A stretch of DNA of 64,000 nucleotides from a candidate division FCPU426 bacterium (GTDB taxonomy: Bacteria > Oederibacteriota > Muellerivitia > Muellerivitales > Muellerivitaceae): NCBI GenBank assembly GCA_963771075.1, contig CAVYSE010000017.1:1-64000 (forward strand). Direction: 5' to 3'. Within the stretch, counting starts at the first letter, position 1. Each line of letters opens with the position of its first letter. Below, one piece after another: positions 54,338-63,517 of the stretch. Below the pieces are notes generated by a model. The model worked only from the letters and a program-made list of their open reading frames with translations, was not told the DNA's origin and ran no database searches. Made by a program: the position numbers and the translations under genes.

Positions 54338-54936
54338 GGGGCCGCCTCCGTGTTCCCCGGCGTATGGGCCGGCCCGTGACAGTCCAAGCAGGAAGTCCCG
54401 CCGGTCCTCAGGTCTTCCATGATGGCCAGGTGGGTGGGGGCCTCCAGGAACTTCTTGGACTCCCCGTGGCAATGCAGGCAGTTGGAGGTGTTGTAGGGCT
54501 TGTAAAGCTGGATGGGTTCCTTGACTTCCTTGAAGATATTCGCGTAAACGTGCCGGAGCCCATTCATCTTGGCCTTCTCGTCCCCGAAGAGGGAGTAGTC
54601 CGTATGGCAGGTGAAACACTGGTCTTCCCGGATGTAGCGGTTCTTGTAATGCAGGGACGCCAGGCTTTCGCTTTGCGGGTCCTTCATGTCGCGCACCCGG
54701 CTTTCCATGACGTGGCAGGAGGTGCAAAATGCGACGGTTTTGGAGGTTTCAAAGCTGACCCCCGTTCCAAACAGCAGCACGACCAGGGGCGAAATACCCA
54801 AGACCGCCAAAAGAAACCCCTTCAGCCAGTCCAAATTGGGTAGCGGCAAGGGGAACAGTAATACGATGAAACAGAAAAGCATCATCAGGGCCGCCGCGCC
54901 CACGCCTACCCATGTGAAAAAAACGATTTCTGTCAT
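54334..54936 (-). CDS. NapC/NirT-family membrane-anchored tetraheme cytochrome c
   Basis: N-terminal TMs; FCTSCHVM, CFTCH, CLHCH, CLDCH. Confidence 0.88.
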   Translation of the reverse strand: MTEIVFFTWVGVGAAALMMLFCFIVLLFPLPLPNLDWLKGFLLAVLGISPLVVLLFGTGVSFETSKTVAFCTSCHVMESRVRDMKDPQSESLASLHYKNRYIREDQCFTCHTDYSLFGDEKAKMNGLRHVYANIFKEVKEPIQLYKPYNTSNCLHCHGESKKFLEAPTHLAIMEDLRTGGTSCLDCHGPAHTPGNTEAAP

Positions 54937-55052
54937 GTCGGAATCCTGGAACCTTTGGTGAATTTAAAATTTGTTCGAATTCCACCCCGCCCTCAAAAAG
55001 GATCCGAGGAGCGGAAAGGTCCTTTCCCTGATTTTCCCCTTGCCTCCCGCGC

Positions 55053-55331
55053 TTAAACGCGTGAACGGGTGGAACTGGCCCTTCGTTTGGGGGTTTTTTT
55101 TATCCCGGATAAATTGGGGGAAGTGGTGGCTTGGACATCCAGAAGCACCGGTATGACCCCCTGGGGTCCCTCCTGGGCCTGGACGGCGGGGGTTCCCTCC
55201 CCATTAGCGGCCTTCTTGAACTCGCGCATGGCCTCGCCCATGGCCTTTGCCAAATCAGGCAACTTCTGGGGGCCAAAAAGAAGCATGGCCACGATCACCA
55301 AAAGCAGTATTTCTCCGAAGCGTCCGCCCAT
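55053..55331 (-). CDS. tatA: Twin-arginine translocase TatA/E subunit
   Basis: EILLL...LLFGPQKLPDLAKAMGEAMREFKKA. Confidence 0.9.
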   Translation of the reverse strand: MGGRFGEILLLVIVAMLLFGPQKLPDLAKAMGEAMREFKKAANGEGTPAVQAQEGPQGVIPVLLDVQATTSPNLSGIKKTPKRRASSTRSRV

Positions 55332-55430
55332 GTCACACTCCTTCGTTTAATCCACGAGGGGGAGGAGTCACCCAACCCCTTGATTCAGTTGAATTCCAGA
55401 TTGATGGCCGGGGAAACCCCTCCGTCCATG

Positions 55431-55465
55431 AAAAAAAGCGGTTCGCAATGTCGCGAACCGCTTTT
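55431..55465. terminator. Intrinsic terminator closing the mtrA-mtrB-lipoprotein unit
   Basis: A7-GCGGTTCGC...GCGAACCGC-T4. Confidence 0.75.
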
Positions 55466-55483
55466 GAGTTCCATTTTCCCGGC

Positions 55484-57070
55484 TTAATACATCGTCAGGT
55501 TGTCGATGATGAAGTCCGACGTAGGAGTCTGGCCCGACGCACTGGCCTTGATCTCAACACCGATCGCCGTCACATCCGTCGAGTCGGCCGCCCAACTGAC
55601 TGCATCAGGCGCGAGTTTGAGCGTAGTCCACCCAGCATCAATTCCGGTGGGAAGGCTGGTGAAATTGGGATTAATGGCGCCACTGATGGAACCACCGCCG
55701 TAGACATTCCCATTCGCGTTCATATAGATGGCGCCTCCGATCCAACCAGGCCCAGGAACCGCATCAGACATCACCCAAACCACCATGCTCACCCCTGACG
55801 CGTTATATTGCTGGAAATTGATTGGGAATGGGCTACTGCCGCTCGTTTGCGCTTGTATGTCGTTACCCGCCGACGAGTTCATGGTCAAATCCAAACCATA
55901 ATTGTTGGAAGCCGTTGGAGCAGAAATGCCGGCATCTGATCCCTGAAGTGCCGTGTAGAGCTGGACCGCGACGGAATCCCCCGTCGCGGGAGAAGCCACA
56001 CTGAATCCATCCACCGTATTATCCTCAAGGGTCCAGGAATACTTGGGGATATAGGTCGCCGTCACGGTGGGAGTGACGGTCGGTGTAATCGTCGCCGTGG
56101 AAGTCACGGTCGGCGTATTTGTTTTCGTCGGCGTTAGGGTTTTAGTAATGGTGATTGTGGGCGTACTGGTAACCGTCGAGGTGTAACCATCGAGATTCGT
56201 GTTCGTAGGCGTCGCCGTATTGGTGGCGGTATTGGTGCTTGTAGGCGTATTGGTGACCGTAGGCGTATTGGTAACCGTCGGAGTGTTGGTGATGGTCGAG
56301 GTGTATCCACTGAGATTCGTGTTTGTAGGCGTTGGTGAGTTCGTGACAGTCGGGGTCATCGTGATTGTTTTTGTTGAAGTAGCCGTAGCGGTCGGCCCCA
56401 ACTGTGTGATGGTCACGGCATCTATATAGACCAAGCTCGTGTTAAAACTGGTGCCCTCAGGGCCGGTTCCAAAATTAAGGCTGACCTGCTGGACATCCGC
56501 CAGGTTGTTCGGCGGATTATTGTTGAGTGTCAGGGTATAGAGGACCCACCCGCCTGTAGCTGTCGCCGGGAAAGATTGCGACTGAATGACATTATTGCTT
56601 CCGCTTAAAAGCGCGAGCTCAATATAGGGAGTGGCGCCTAGACCCGACGAGAATACCTTGGAAATGGATACGGCCATGCTGAGGGTTCCCGCGTTGATGA
56701 GATTGATGCCGCCGGGAAAAGTGAAGGAATAATTGCCGAACTGACCCGGTCCTTTGAAGGCCAGGGATGCGCCAAAACAGGACGCGCTAGCGCTGTATCC
56801 GCCCGCCACGCTTACCGGACTCACGCTTAACGCGGCGGTTGCACCGTTGGCTGTGGATCCTTTACCCATCCAGGTGATGGGAGCCCCAAAATCAGCCCCG
56901 GCAACGTCGAAATTCCAGGCGATCGGCAGGCTTTGGACCGCCAGCGAGGCCGGCAATTGGGCCTGGGTGGGGCTGGCGCTGGTGGGGCTGTTGTACATTT
57001 TGCAGGCGGGCAGTATCAGCAAGGTTCCGGCGAGAAAAGCGAGAACCAAAGTCGAATTTTTGAATTTCAT
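55484..57070 (-). CDS. Lipoprotein with two carbohydrate-binding-like domains joined by a Thr/Pro linker
   Basis: Lipobox LPAC; domains ending VYIDAVTI and FIIDNLTMY; no CxxCH. Confidence 0.8.
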   Translation of the reverse strand: MKFKNSTLVLAFLAGTLLILPACKMYNSPTSASPTQAQLPASLAVQSLPIAWNFDVAGADFGAPITWMGKGSTANGATAALSVSPVSVAGGYSASASCFGASLAFKGPGQFGNYSFTFPGGINLINAGTLSMAVSISKVFSSGLGATPYIELALLSGSNNVIQSQSFPATATGGWVLYTLTLNNNPPNNLADVQQVSLNFGTGPEGTSFNTSLVYIDAVTITQLGPTATATSTKTITMTPTVTNSPTPTNTNLSGYTSTITNTPTVTNTPTVTNTPTSTNTATNTATPTNTNLDGYTSTVTSTPTITITKTLTPTKTNTPTVTSTATITPTVTPTVTATYIPKYSWTLEDNTVDGFSVASPATGDSVAVQLYTALQGSDAGISAPTASNNYGLDLTMNSSAGNDIQAQTSGSSPFPINFQQYNASGVSMVVWVMSDAVPGPGWIGGAIYMNANGNVYGGGSISGAINPNFTSLPTGIDAGWTTLKLAPDAVSWAADSTDVTAIGVEIKASASGQTPTSDFIIDNLTMY

Positions 57071-57212
57071 GAAACCCTCCCCGAAACTTGATTTTTTAGT
57101 TTACTAGCCCGAGTAAATCCGACCGGCTATTCGGCGTTCTTTAAACCTCATCCTTACTGAAACAGAGTGAACCGGCCTTTTCCCTTTTCAACGGGAAACA
57201 GCCGAACCTTGA

Positions 57213-59573
57213 TTACAATTTTGCCGTTAACGTCAGGCTGGCCATTTGAGCGGTATAGGGCGCGTCCCATCCTCCCAGAAACATATAATTTAAGGCGCCG
57301 GTAGCGGGTACTGATGAAATACTGCCTACACCGTCGGTTTGCCAATCGTTGACGTTATAAACCTCCAGGAGATAGCTTCCCCGCAGGCTCCAGGTCTCGC
57401 TGATGTGGTACGTAACCCCGAAATTGAAATCTTCCTTCCAATACATGGTATTGGGAAGACTTTGGGTGGGTTGATACACGGCCACCGTGACCGGAGCCCC
57501 GCCCTGTTGAATCACTTGGGAGACCGGAACTCCCGCCGCGGTCAAAGGAAATTGGTTGTTATATCCGCTGAAGATATAGTCACCGGTGTTGTTGGTAAGC
57601 GTCCAACGGGCGTCCAAGTCCACCTTCGAGTTCATCTGATAATTGCCCGCAAAGGAAAGATAGGTAGTGTTTTCCTGCTCATTGAGATACCAGACTTCAC
57701 CCGGGTTAAGCGGGTTTGATGGACTTATATTGCTCGGCCCGTTCGCTTGGTTGTAATTGTAGTTTTCCCAATTAACAGTCCCCGACAGGTTCAAATTGTC
57801 CAGAGGCTGCCAGACAGCCGAAAAGGTCGTGATGTCATGGTAATCGCTCAACAAGCCCAATTGAGTGTTCGAGTTGAGGATGGTCGCCGGAGCTCCGAGC
57901 GAGGTAGTGTAAACATCTCCAGTCAAAGCTTCCGAGCCAGGTTGATAATTATCCCCGCCGGTCGTCCAAGCCGCTGACAACCAAAGGTTTTTCGTGACAT
58001 CGAGCTTCACCTTGGTGGTGAACTCATTGACAACACGATCTGCGATATCATAACGCCGGAATGTGCTTGACAAGGCATCCCCATAGTCGAAAGGCGCATT
58101 GACAGTGCCCGCATTCGGTTGAATTTCCAGATCATTCGTCCAGTTCGACTGACTCGCCACCCGGTCGGAATAAGTGTAATCCCCGCTCACATCCAACCCG
58201 TGAAGAGGCTTCAGATCCAAACCACCCTTGGCGGTTTGCTCCGTGGTCGCCGAAATTTCCCGATCCTGATAATTTTCCCAATTGCAATCATAACCGGCAT
58301 TTAACTGAAGACCCCTCATCAGGGTATAGGTCGCCTTACCGCCCAGATCCTGATTGACCCAACCGAAGTTGTTATTGACCACATTACCGGTATTGACAGC
58401 CCAACTCGCGTCTTTGTCCACATAACCGGGGAAATCAAGGAGAGCGGTCATATCCGCCTGCTCGTAATCTTTATACCGTAAACTGACCACCAGATCCTTT
58501 GTGGGCCGGGAGGTCAAGACGTAATTCTGCGTCAAGATTTGGATACAACCATTCAAGGATTGATAAGCCAAACTGTTCGTGTTGGCAAGCGAGGTCGCCC
58601 CCGGCGGCATACCGGCCGCCGGCAAAGGATCCGCCGTATTCGCGGTATAGGGTAAAAAGGGCTGGTCTTGAGTCTCATAGCCCAGTGAAAAATCAGCGTT
58701 CGCGCGGGTTTCATTATTGATATCCAACAATCCGGAGATCTTGAACGTGTTGGCAAGATTGCTCGGCGCCAAGGAGGCTTGTTCGATACTCGAGGTGCCG
58801 GGTATGCTGTTAGCTTGAGCGGGATTTGACCAGATGATACTGGGAAGACTGTTTTCGTAATCCGAAATCTCGTAACTCGCCCTGAGCGCAAATCCTTTTC
58901 CGTCGTACTCCGCTTTGACATCGCTTTGCGTCGTGGTTTCGTTTAATTCCTGAGGAAGCTCCACCGCTGAGTAGAAAGCGATCGGCCGGCTTCCCGTGCG
59001 CCATTTCTGGTTGCCCCCGACCTCAATATCAAATTCCGGGCTGACTTGGTACTTGGCGGTACCCCCCAACACCGTGTCATGGAGGCCCATCGAAACAGGC
59101 TGGCCATTGGTGTTTTGGTAATTAAGCAAATTTTGGTATTCCTGCTGGCTGGACTGTCCCTGGTTTTCCAAAAGGAGCGATTGGGGAAGCAGGTAAAGAT
59201 TGGGCGAGGGATTGGACCAGATCGTCTCGCCGGTATTCGTGTAAAGATGCTGGTACTGCTGGAAGTTCACATCGACCGTCAGGTCATTCTGGTATTGCAT
59301 GTCCAGGCTGGCTTTCCGGTTGAACCCCCCACCGTCGCTAAAATCCAGGCCGAGGATCCCGTCTTCCCCCTCATAATCCAGCCTGCCGTTCATGACGGCT
59401 CCATCCGGCGAGGCCAGGTATTCGTTGAATTTCGCCTGGTCGGTGGGCTGCAGGTTCGCCTGGAACCCGGAGGTCACATCGCCCGACCATTGGTTGTCGG
59501 CAAAAACCGCCGTGGCGCAGGCCGTGAAGACCAACCCCGCCAGACATTTCCAGACCCGAAATTGATTCCCCAT
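57213..59573 (-). CDS. MtrB/PioB-family outer-membrane porin
   Basis: Signal peptide, AKFNEY, L.P.N.A, QDQPFLPYT.N, RRYDIADR, Y..ND(W); directly downstream of a decaheme cytochrome. Confidence 0.85.
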   Translation of the reverse strand: MGNQFRVWKCLAGLVFTACATAVFADNQWSGDVTSGFQANLQPTDQAKFNEYLASPDGAVMNGRLDYEGEDGILGLDFSDGGGFNRKASLDMQYQNDLTVDVNFQQYQHLYTNTGETIWSNPSPNLYLLPQSLLLENQGQSSQQEYQNLLNYQNTNGQPVSMGLHDTVLGGTAKYQVSPEFDIEVGGNQKWRTGSRPIAFYSAVELPQELNETTTQSDVKAEYDGKGFALRASYEISDYENSLPSIIWSNPAQANSIPGTSSIEQASLAPSNLANTFKISGLLDINNETRANADFSLGYETQDQPFLPYTANTADPLPAAGMPPGATSLANTNSLAYQSLNGCIQILTQNYVLTSRPTKDLVVSLRYKDYEQADMTALLDFPGYVDKDASWAVNTGNVVNNNFGWVNQDLGGKATYTLMRGLQLNAGYDCNWENYQDREISATTEQTAKGGLDLKPLHGLDVSGDYTYSDRVASQSNWTNDLEIQPNAGTVNAPFDYGDALSSTFRRYDIADRVVNEFTTKVKLDVTKNLWLSAAWTTGGDNYQPGSEALTGDVYTTSLGAPATILNSNTQLGLLSDYHDITTFSAVWQPLDNLNLSGTVNWENYNYNQANGPSNISPSNPLNPGEVWYLNEQENTTYLSFAGNYQMNSKVDLDARWTLTNNTGDYIFSGYNNQFPLTAAGVPVSQVIQQGGAPVTVAVYQPTQSLPNTMYWKEDFNFGVTYHISETWSLRGSYLLEVYNVNDWQTDGVGSISSVPATGALNYMFLGGWDAPYTAQMASLTLTAKL

Positions 59574-59599
59574 GTCGCTTCCTCCTTAAGTGATTACCG

Positions 59600-60673
59600 T
59601 TACCTCTGGAATACTTGACCGGCTTTTCCCGGGAAATTACTGCCGTGGATGTTGTAGTGACAGTTCACGCAGCTACCGCCAAGCATTTCTTTTTGGCCAG
59701 CGTTCAATTGTTGACAATCCATGGCCGGTTTGTCGCTATGGCAGCGCTGGCAGAGGAAAGGCGCTCTTTGCGACAGCATGTGGTCGTTGTTGGAACCGTG
59801 CGGGTTATGGCAGTTCAGGCAGCTTTCCTGGACCGGCGGATGCTCGAAGAGGAAGGGGCCCCTCTTATCCGCGTGGCACTTCAAGCAGGTTTCCCGGACG
59901 GAGTCCTCGTTCAGGTTCGTGTTGCCGGAGGTTCCATGCATGTCATGGCAGGAGACGCAGGACATCTCGTCCTCATTGAGGGGCATGTGGCCGTTCTGCG
60001 AGATCTGGGCTTTCTTCTCGATATGGCAGGTAAAGCACACGTCCATGATCTTGGCGGCCTTCAGGATGTGCTTGTTGGGGTTCTTGGGGTCCTTCTGGTG
60101 GACCATATGGCAGGAAACGCAGGTGACATTCTTCATGTCATGCGGGCTTCCCTCCCAATGGAATTGCGCCTGGGCCTTGTGGCAGGAAAGACAGATGGCG
60201 TTCGCATCGGGCGCGGGCATATCGGGGGGGAACTTGATCGTTTTGAACCTGGCATCGGCGGTGTTGTCGGCGAATTCCACGTGCAGGCTTCCGGGCCCGT
60301 GGCAGGTTTCGCAAGTCTTATCGGCGGGAACGTGGCTTTTGCTCGTGAAAAGCCTTCCCATCGCGGAATGCTGGAAGCTGTCCCCGTTATCCTGGTGGCA
60401 GGTGATGCAGGTATCGGTTCCCACGAACTTGGGGATGTTCTCCGTATCCTCCTGGGCCGCCACGGTTTGCCCTGCGGCGCTCGCCGGTTCGGAAACCTTG
60501 TCGGCGGCTCCCTCGGCATCCGGCGCGGAGGGGGTGGCCGCGGAAACGGCGCTGGGCGTCGGGGAAGAATCGGCCTTATCGGCCCATACTCCTTGAAGTG
60601 AGCAAAAGGCTAGGATCATTAAACTTCCGGCGAGTGCTTTCGCGATCCCCCGGTTGACCGTTGGCTTTTTCAT
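59600..60673 (-). CDS. MtrA/DmsE/MtoA-family decaheme cytochrome c
   Basis: Ten CxxCH motifs; KRGPFLFEHPPV..C..CH.PHGS, PFLCQRCH and C.NCH..IHGSN.P signature. Confidence 0.93.
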   Translation of the reverse strand: MKKPTVNRGIAKALAGSLMILAFCSLQGVWADKADSSPTPSAVSAATPSAPDAEGAADKVSEPASAAGQTVAAQEDTENIPKFVGTDTCITCHQDNGDSFQHSAMGRLFTSKSHVPADKTCETCHGPGSLHVEFADNTADARFKTIKFPPDMPAPDANAICLSCHKAQAQFHWEGSPHDMKNVTCVSCHMVHQKDPKNPNKHILKAAKIMDVCFTCHIEKKAQISQNGHMPLNEDEMSCVSCHDMHGTSGNTNLNEDSVRETCLKCHADKRGPFLFEHPPVQESCLNCHNPHGSNNDHMLSQRAPFLCQRCHSDKPAMDCQQLNAGQKEMLGGSCVNCHYNIHGSNFPGKAGQVFQR

Positions 60674-60876
60674 CTGTCTTCCCCCCTTATTGGTTTAAAA
60701 CCCATTTCCCGCTTCAAGTACGCCTTTGCGTTGTACCGGCCGGGAAAAGTATTTGAAGGTTCTCCGGCTCTTTTTCGTTTGCTCTCTCGTCTGAAACCCG
60801 GCAGGTCTGGCCCGGAAGTTTTTTTGGTTTACCCCTTTGTTACGGCTTATCTTGTCCTATCCTGACAAATGGTTCA

Positions 60877-60926
60877 TCCGCAGAAAAAACGGGTTCTTTC
60901 CCCGGCGCCTACGTAAAAAATACTGA
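60877..60926. promoter_or_regulatory. Paired palindromic operator sites upstream of the decaheme gene
   Basis: TCCGC-N7-ACGGG and TACGT-N7-ACTGA, starts 33 bp apart. Confidence 0.6.
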
Positions 60927-60981
60927 AAGGCTCTCCTTCCCGCCGCGGTTCACCAGCCCCGTTACTTTTCAACCTTCCCGA

Positions 60982-62184
60982 TTAGGAATGTTTCTTGGCC
61001 GCCGAAAGCCAGGGCGGCAGGAGACGGACCAAGGCCCAAAGGATGAAAATTGGCAAGACCATCAAAACCGCGCTCAAGAGCAGACCCTCACGGCCGATGA
61101 AATCGGGTTTATAGGTGGTAAACCCGGCCAGGCTCTTGGAAAAAAGCTGGCCCCCGATGACCACGTTCCAGCGGACCGCGAAGACACCGATGAGCACCAG
61201 GCAGGCGGAACCTACGTGGAATATCTTCCTGACGTTTTCGGGAAGCTTGAACAACTGGGTGCTGCCCAGGGCGGCGAGGGGCAAGAGCGTACCCAGGCAC
61301 AATTGGATGACGACCAGGGACAGGAAAAGCTTTCCGGCCACCAGCAAGACCAGGATGTCGATGGATTCCTCCGCCTCGTAAAGCCGGTGGAACCAATCCA
61401 GCGATTCCATCGCGAAGTCAAGGATCAGGGCGTAAAAGAGGAATTTCCCCATGGCGTCCAGGCAGGACATCTGGATCTGCACCTTCCGAATCAGGCAGGT
61501 CACGAAGTAAACCACCAGCATCAGGGCGATGCCGGAAACGACGGCGGAAAAGATGAAGATGACCGGCATCAGCACGGTTCCCCACCAGGGGTTGGCCTTG
61601 ATAGAGCCGAAAATGAAGCCCACATAGCCGTGCAGGAAAAAGGCCGAGGGAATGCCGATGACGGTGATGATCTTCCCCGCCTTGTCGTCCACCGCCAGGG
61701 CTTTTTCCGACGTGTCCTTCACGCCCAGGGTGAGAAGCCCGTAAAATTTCCCGACCCAGCCGGGTTTGGTTTGGGAAAACCTCACGATATCCGCCCGGTA
61801 GTCGTACCAAATCTCCAGGAGGAGCACCGCCATCAGGTACCAGGCATAAACGAACCCGAACATGGCCATGGGCGACGACCAGTGGGGGGTAATCAGGACT
61901 TCCAGGCACCGTTCCGGGTGACCCAGGTGAAACAAAAGAGGCAGCGGGGCGACGATCAGGAAGGAAAGGGCGGTCAACAGGGCTAGCCGGTAGATGGGCT
62001 TGATCTCGTGGACCTTAAACACGCGCTCCAGGGAAGCCAGGATGAAGGCGCCCGCCACCAGGCCCGTCAGGTAGGGGTAAATGACGATCAGGATGCTCCA
62101 CTGCAATTCCAATTCGTTGGGGTAAATATAGCCCTTCACCTGCTGGAGGGCCTCCACAATGGTGCGGATGAAATTGGGATCCAT
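60982..62184 (-). CDS. NrfD/PsrC-family quinone-interacting membrane subunit
   Basis: W..LI..YPY..GL.AG, HLGHP.R, SSPM, RWNVVIGGQ; many TMs. Confidence 0.9.
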   Translation of the reverse strand: MDPNFIRTIVEALQQVKGYIYPNELELQWSILIVIYPYLTGLVAGAFILASLERVFKVHEIKPIYRLALLTALSFLIVAPLPLLFHLGHPERCLEVLITPHWSSPMAMFGFVYAWYLMAVLLLEIWYDYRADIVRFSQTKPGWVGKFYGLLTLGVKDTSEKALAVDDKAGKIITVIGIPSAFFLHGYVGFIFGSIKANPWWGTVLMPVIFIFSAVVSGIALMLVVYFVTCLIRKVQIQMSCLDAMGKFLFYALILDFAMESLDWFHRLYEAEESIDILVLLVAGKLFLSLVVIQLCLGTLLPLAALGSTQLFKLPENVRKIFHVGSACLVLIGVFAVRWNVVIGGQLFSKSLAGFTTYKPDFIGREGLLLSAVLMVLPIFILWALVRLLPPWLSAAKKHS

Positions 62185-62969
62185 TATTTCACCGCCATGT
62201 CGAGGCCCACGTAGTAAACCTTCGGATGGGTGTTCAACTGGGGCTTCAAAACCTGGACCTTGTTATCCGTCAGGAAGGCGTGGATCGGGCTTTCCGGGTC
62301 CTTCAGGTCGCCGAATTTCCGCGCGCCCGTGGGGCAGACTTCCACGCAGGCCGGCTGCAGTCCGCGGGTGATGCGATGGTAACAGAGGGTGCATTTTTCG
62401 GCGGTCTGGGTCACCGGGCTGAAGAAACGACAGCCGTAGGGGCAGGCCTGGACGCAAAACCGGCAGCCGATGCAGTAGTTCGGGTCGACCAGGACGACGC
62501 CATCCGGGGAACGGAAGGTGGCGCCCGTCGGGCAAACCTGGGAGCAGGGCGAGTCCTCGCAGTGGTTGCACAATTTCGGGACGAAAAAGGATTTGTCGAC
62601 CCCTTGGATCTCGTCGGTCGGGGGAAACCCGTCGCTCCCCCCGTTGGGCGAGTCGATATAGACCGCCTGGCCGTTCCTCACCCCGTATCTTTCCACCCAT
62701 GTCCGGAAATAACAGGGCTCTTCGGGAACATTGTTTTCGGCCTTGCAGGAGGCCACGCAACGTCCGCATCCAATGCACTTTTCCACGTCGATGGAGATGC
62801 ACCATTTGTGGTCGGTGGGTTTATAGCCTTCCGGAAGCGCGGTGGCGCCCCGGGCCTTGCGCGGGGCCCAAAAGAACAGGCCCGATTGGATGGAGGCCAT
62901 GATCATCATGAACTTCACGGCGACCTTCATGAACTGCCTGCGCGAGAGGGTTTCGAGTGTGGGTTTCAT
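62184..62969 (-). CDS. Tat-exported 4Fe-4S dicluster protein (NrfC-like)
   Basis: SRRQF; CIGCGRC, CNHC..PC..VCP, CIGC..C..ACPY, KCTLC..PACV..CP. Confidence 0.92.
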   Translation of the reverse strand: MKPTLETLSRRQFMKVAVKFMMIMASIQSGLFFWAPRKARGATALPEGYKPTDHKWCISIDVEKCIGCGRCVASCKAENNVPEEPCYFRTWVERYGVRNGQAVYIDSPNGGSDGFPPTDEIQGVDKSFFVPKLCNHCEDSPCSQVCPTGATFRSPDGVVLVDPNYCIGCRFCVQACPYGCRFFSPVTQTAEKCTLCYHRITRGLQPACVEVCPTGARKFGDLKDPESPIHAFLTDNKVQVLKPQLNTHPKVYYVGLDMAVK

Positions 62970-63412
62970 CGTTTCTCCGGATGGTGGGGATCATGGCACT
63001 TGATGCAATCCTGCCCGGGATAATGGCTCGATAAAGCGACCTGGGGAAACAGCTTGGGCCGGGTCACGTTTTGGCCGTGGCACTTGAGGCACCATTCGTT
63101 CGTTCCGCTTTTGATGGGGGGGGAAATGGAGGGGTCTTCCACATGGGCTTCGGCGGGTCCATGGCAGGTCTCGCAGCTTTGGCTTCCGTGCTTGGAGGCG
63201 TTGAACTCCGCCACCCTTTGGTCATGGCAATCTATGCATACCTTCTTGCCCGCGAAGTGAATGGGCTTGGACGCCAATTCGCCCAGCGCGTCCCCCCGGT
63301 AATGGCCGTACTCATAAAAGGAAGCCGGCCTCACGTAGTTGCGGACCACCAGGAAAACGCCGATAAGCACCAGGAAAATCACGATGGGTTTCCAGACTTG
63401 CTGGGGAATCAT
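62966..63412 (-). CDS. Small membrane-anchored tetraheme cytochrome c
   Basis: N-terminal TM; CIDCH, CETCH, CLKCH, CIKCH. Confidence 0.9.
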   Translation of the reverse strand: MIPQQVWKPIVIFLVLIGVFLVVRNYVRPASFYEYGHYRGDALGELASKPIHFAGKKVCIDCHDQRVAEFNASKHGSQSCETCHGPAEAHVEDPSISPPIKSGTNEWCLKCHGQNVTRPKLFPQVALSSHYPGQDCIKCHDPHHPEKR

Positions 63413-63517
63413 GTTTTTTCTCCGCCAAGGAAGATGGGTGGTGCCGACGCGGGGGACGGACGTCCCCTTCCCCCGCGCGCGGCGGTCGATCTCCCCATGG
63501 GTGTTTTGAGCTTCTCT

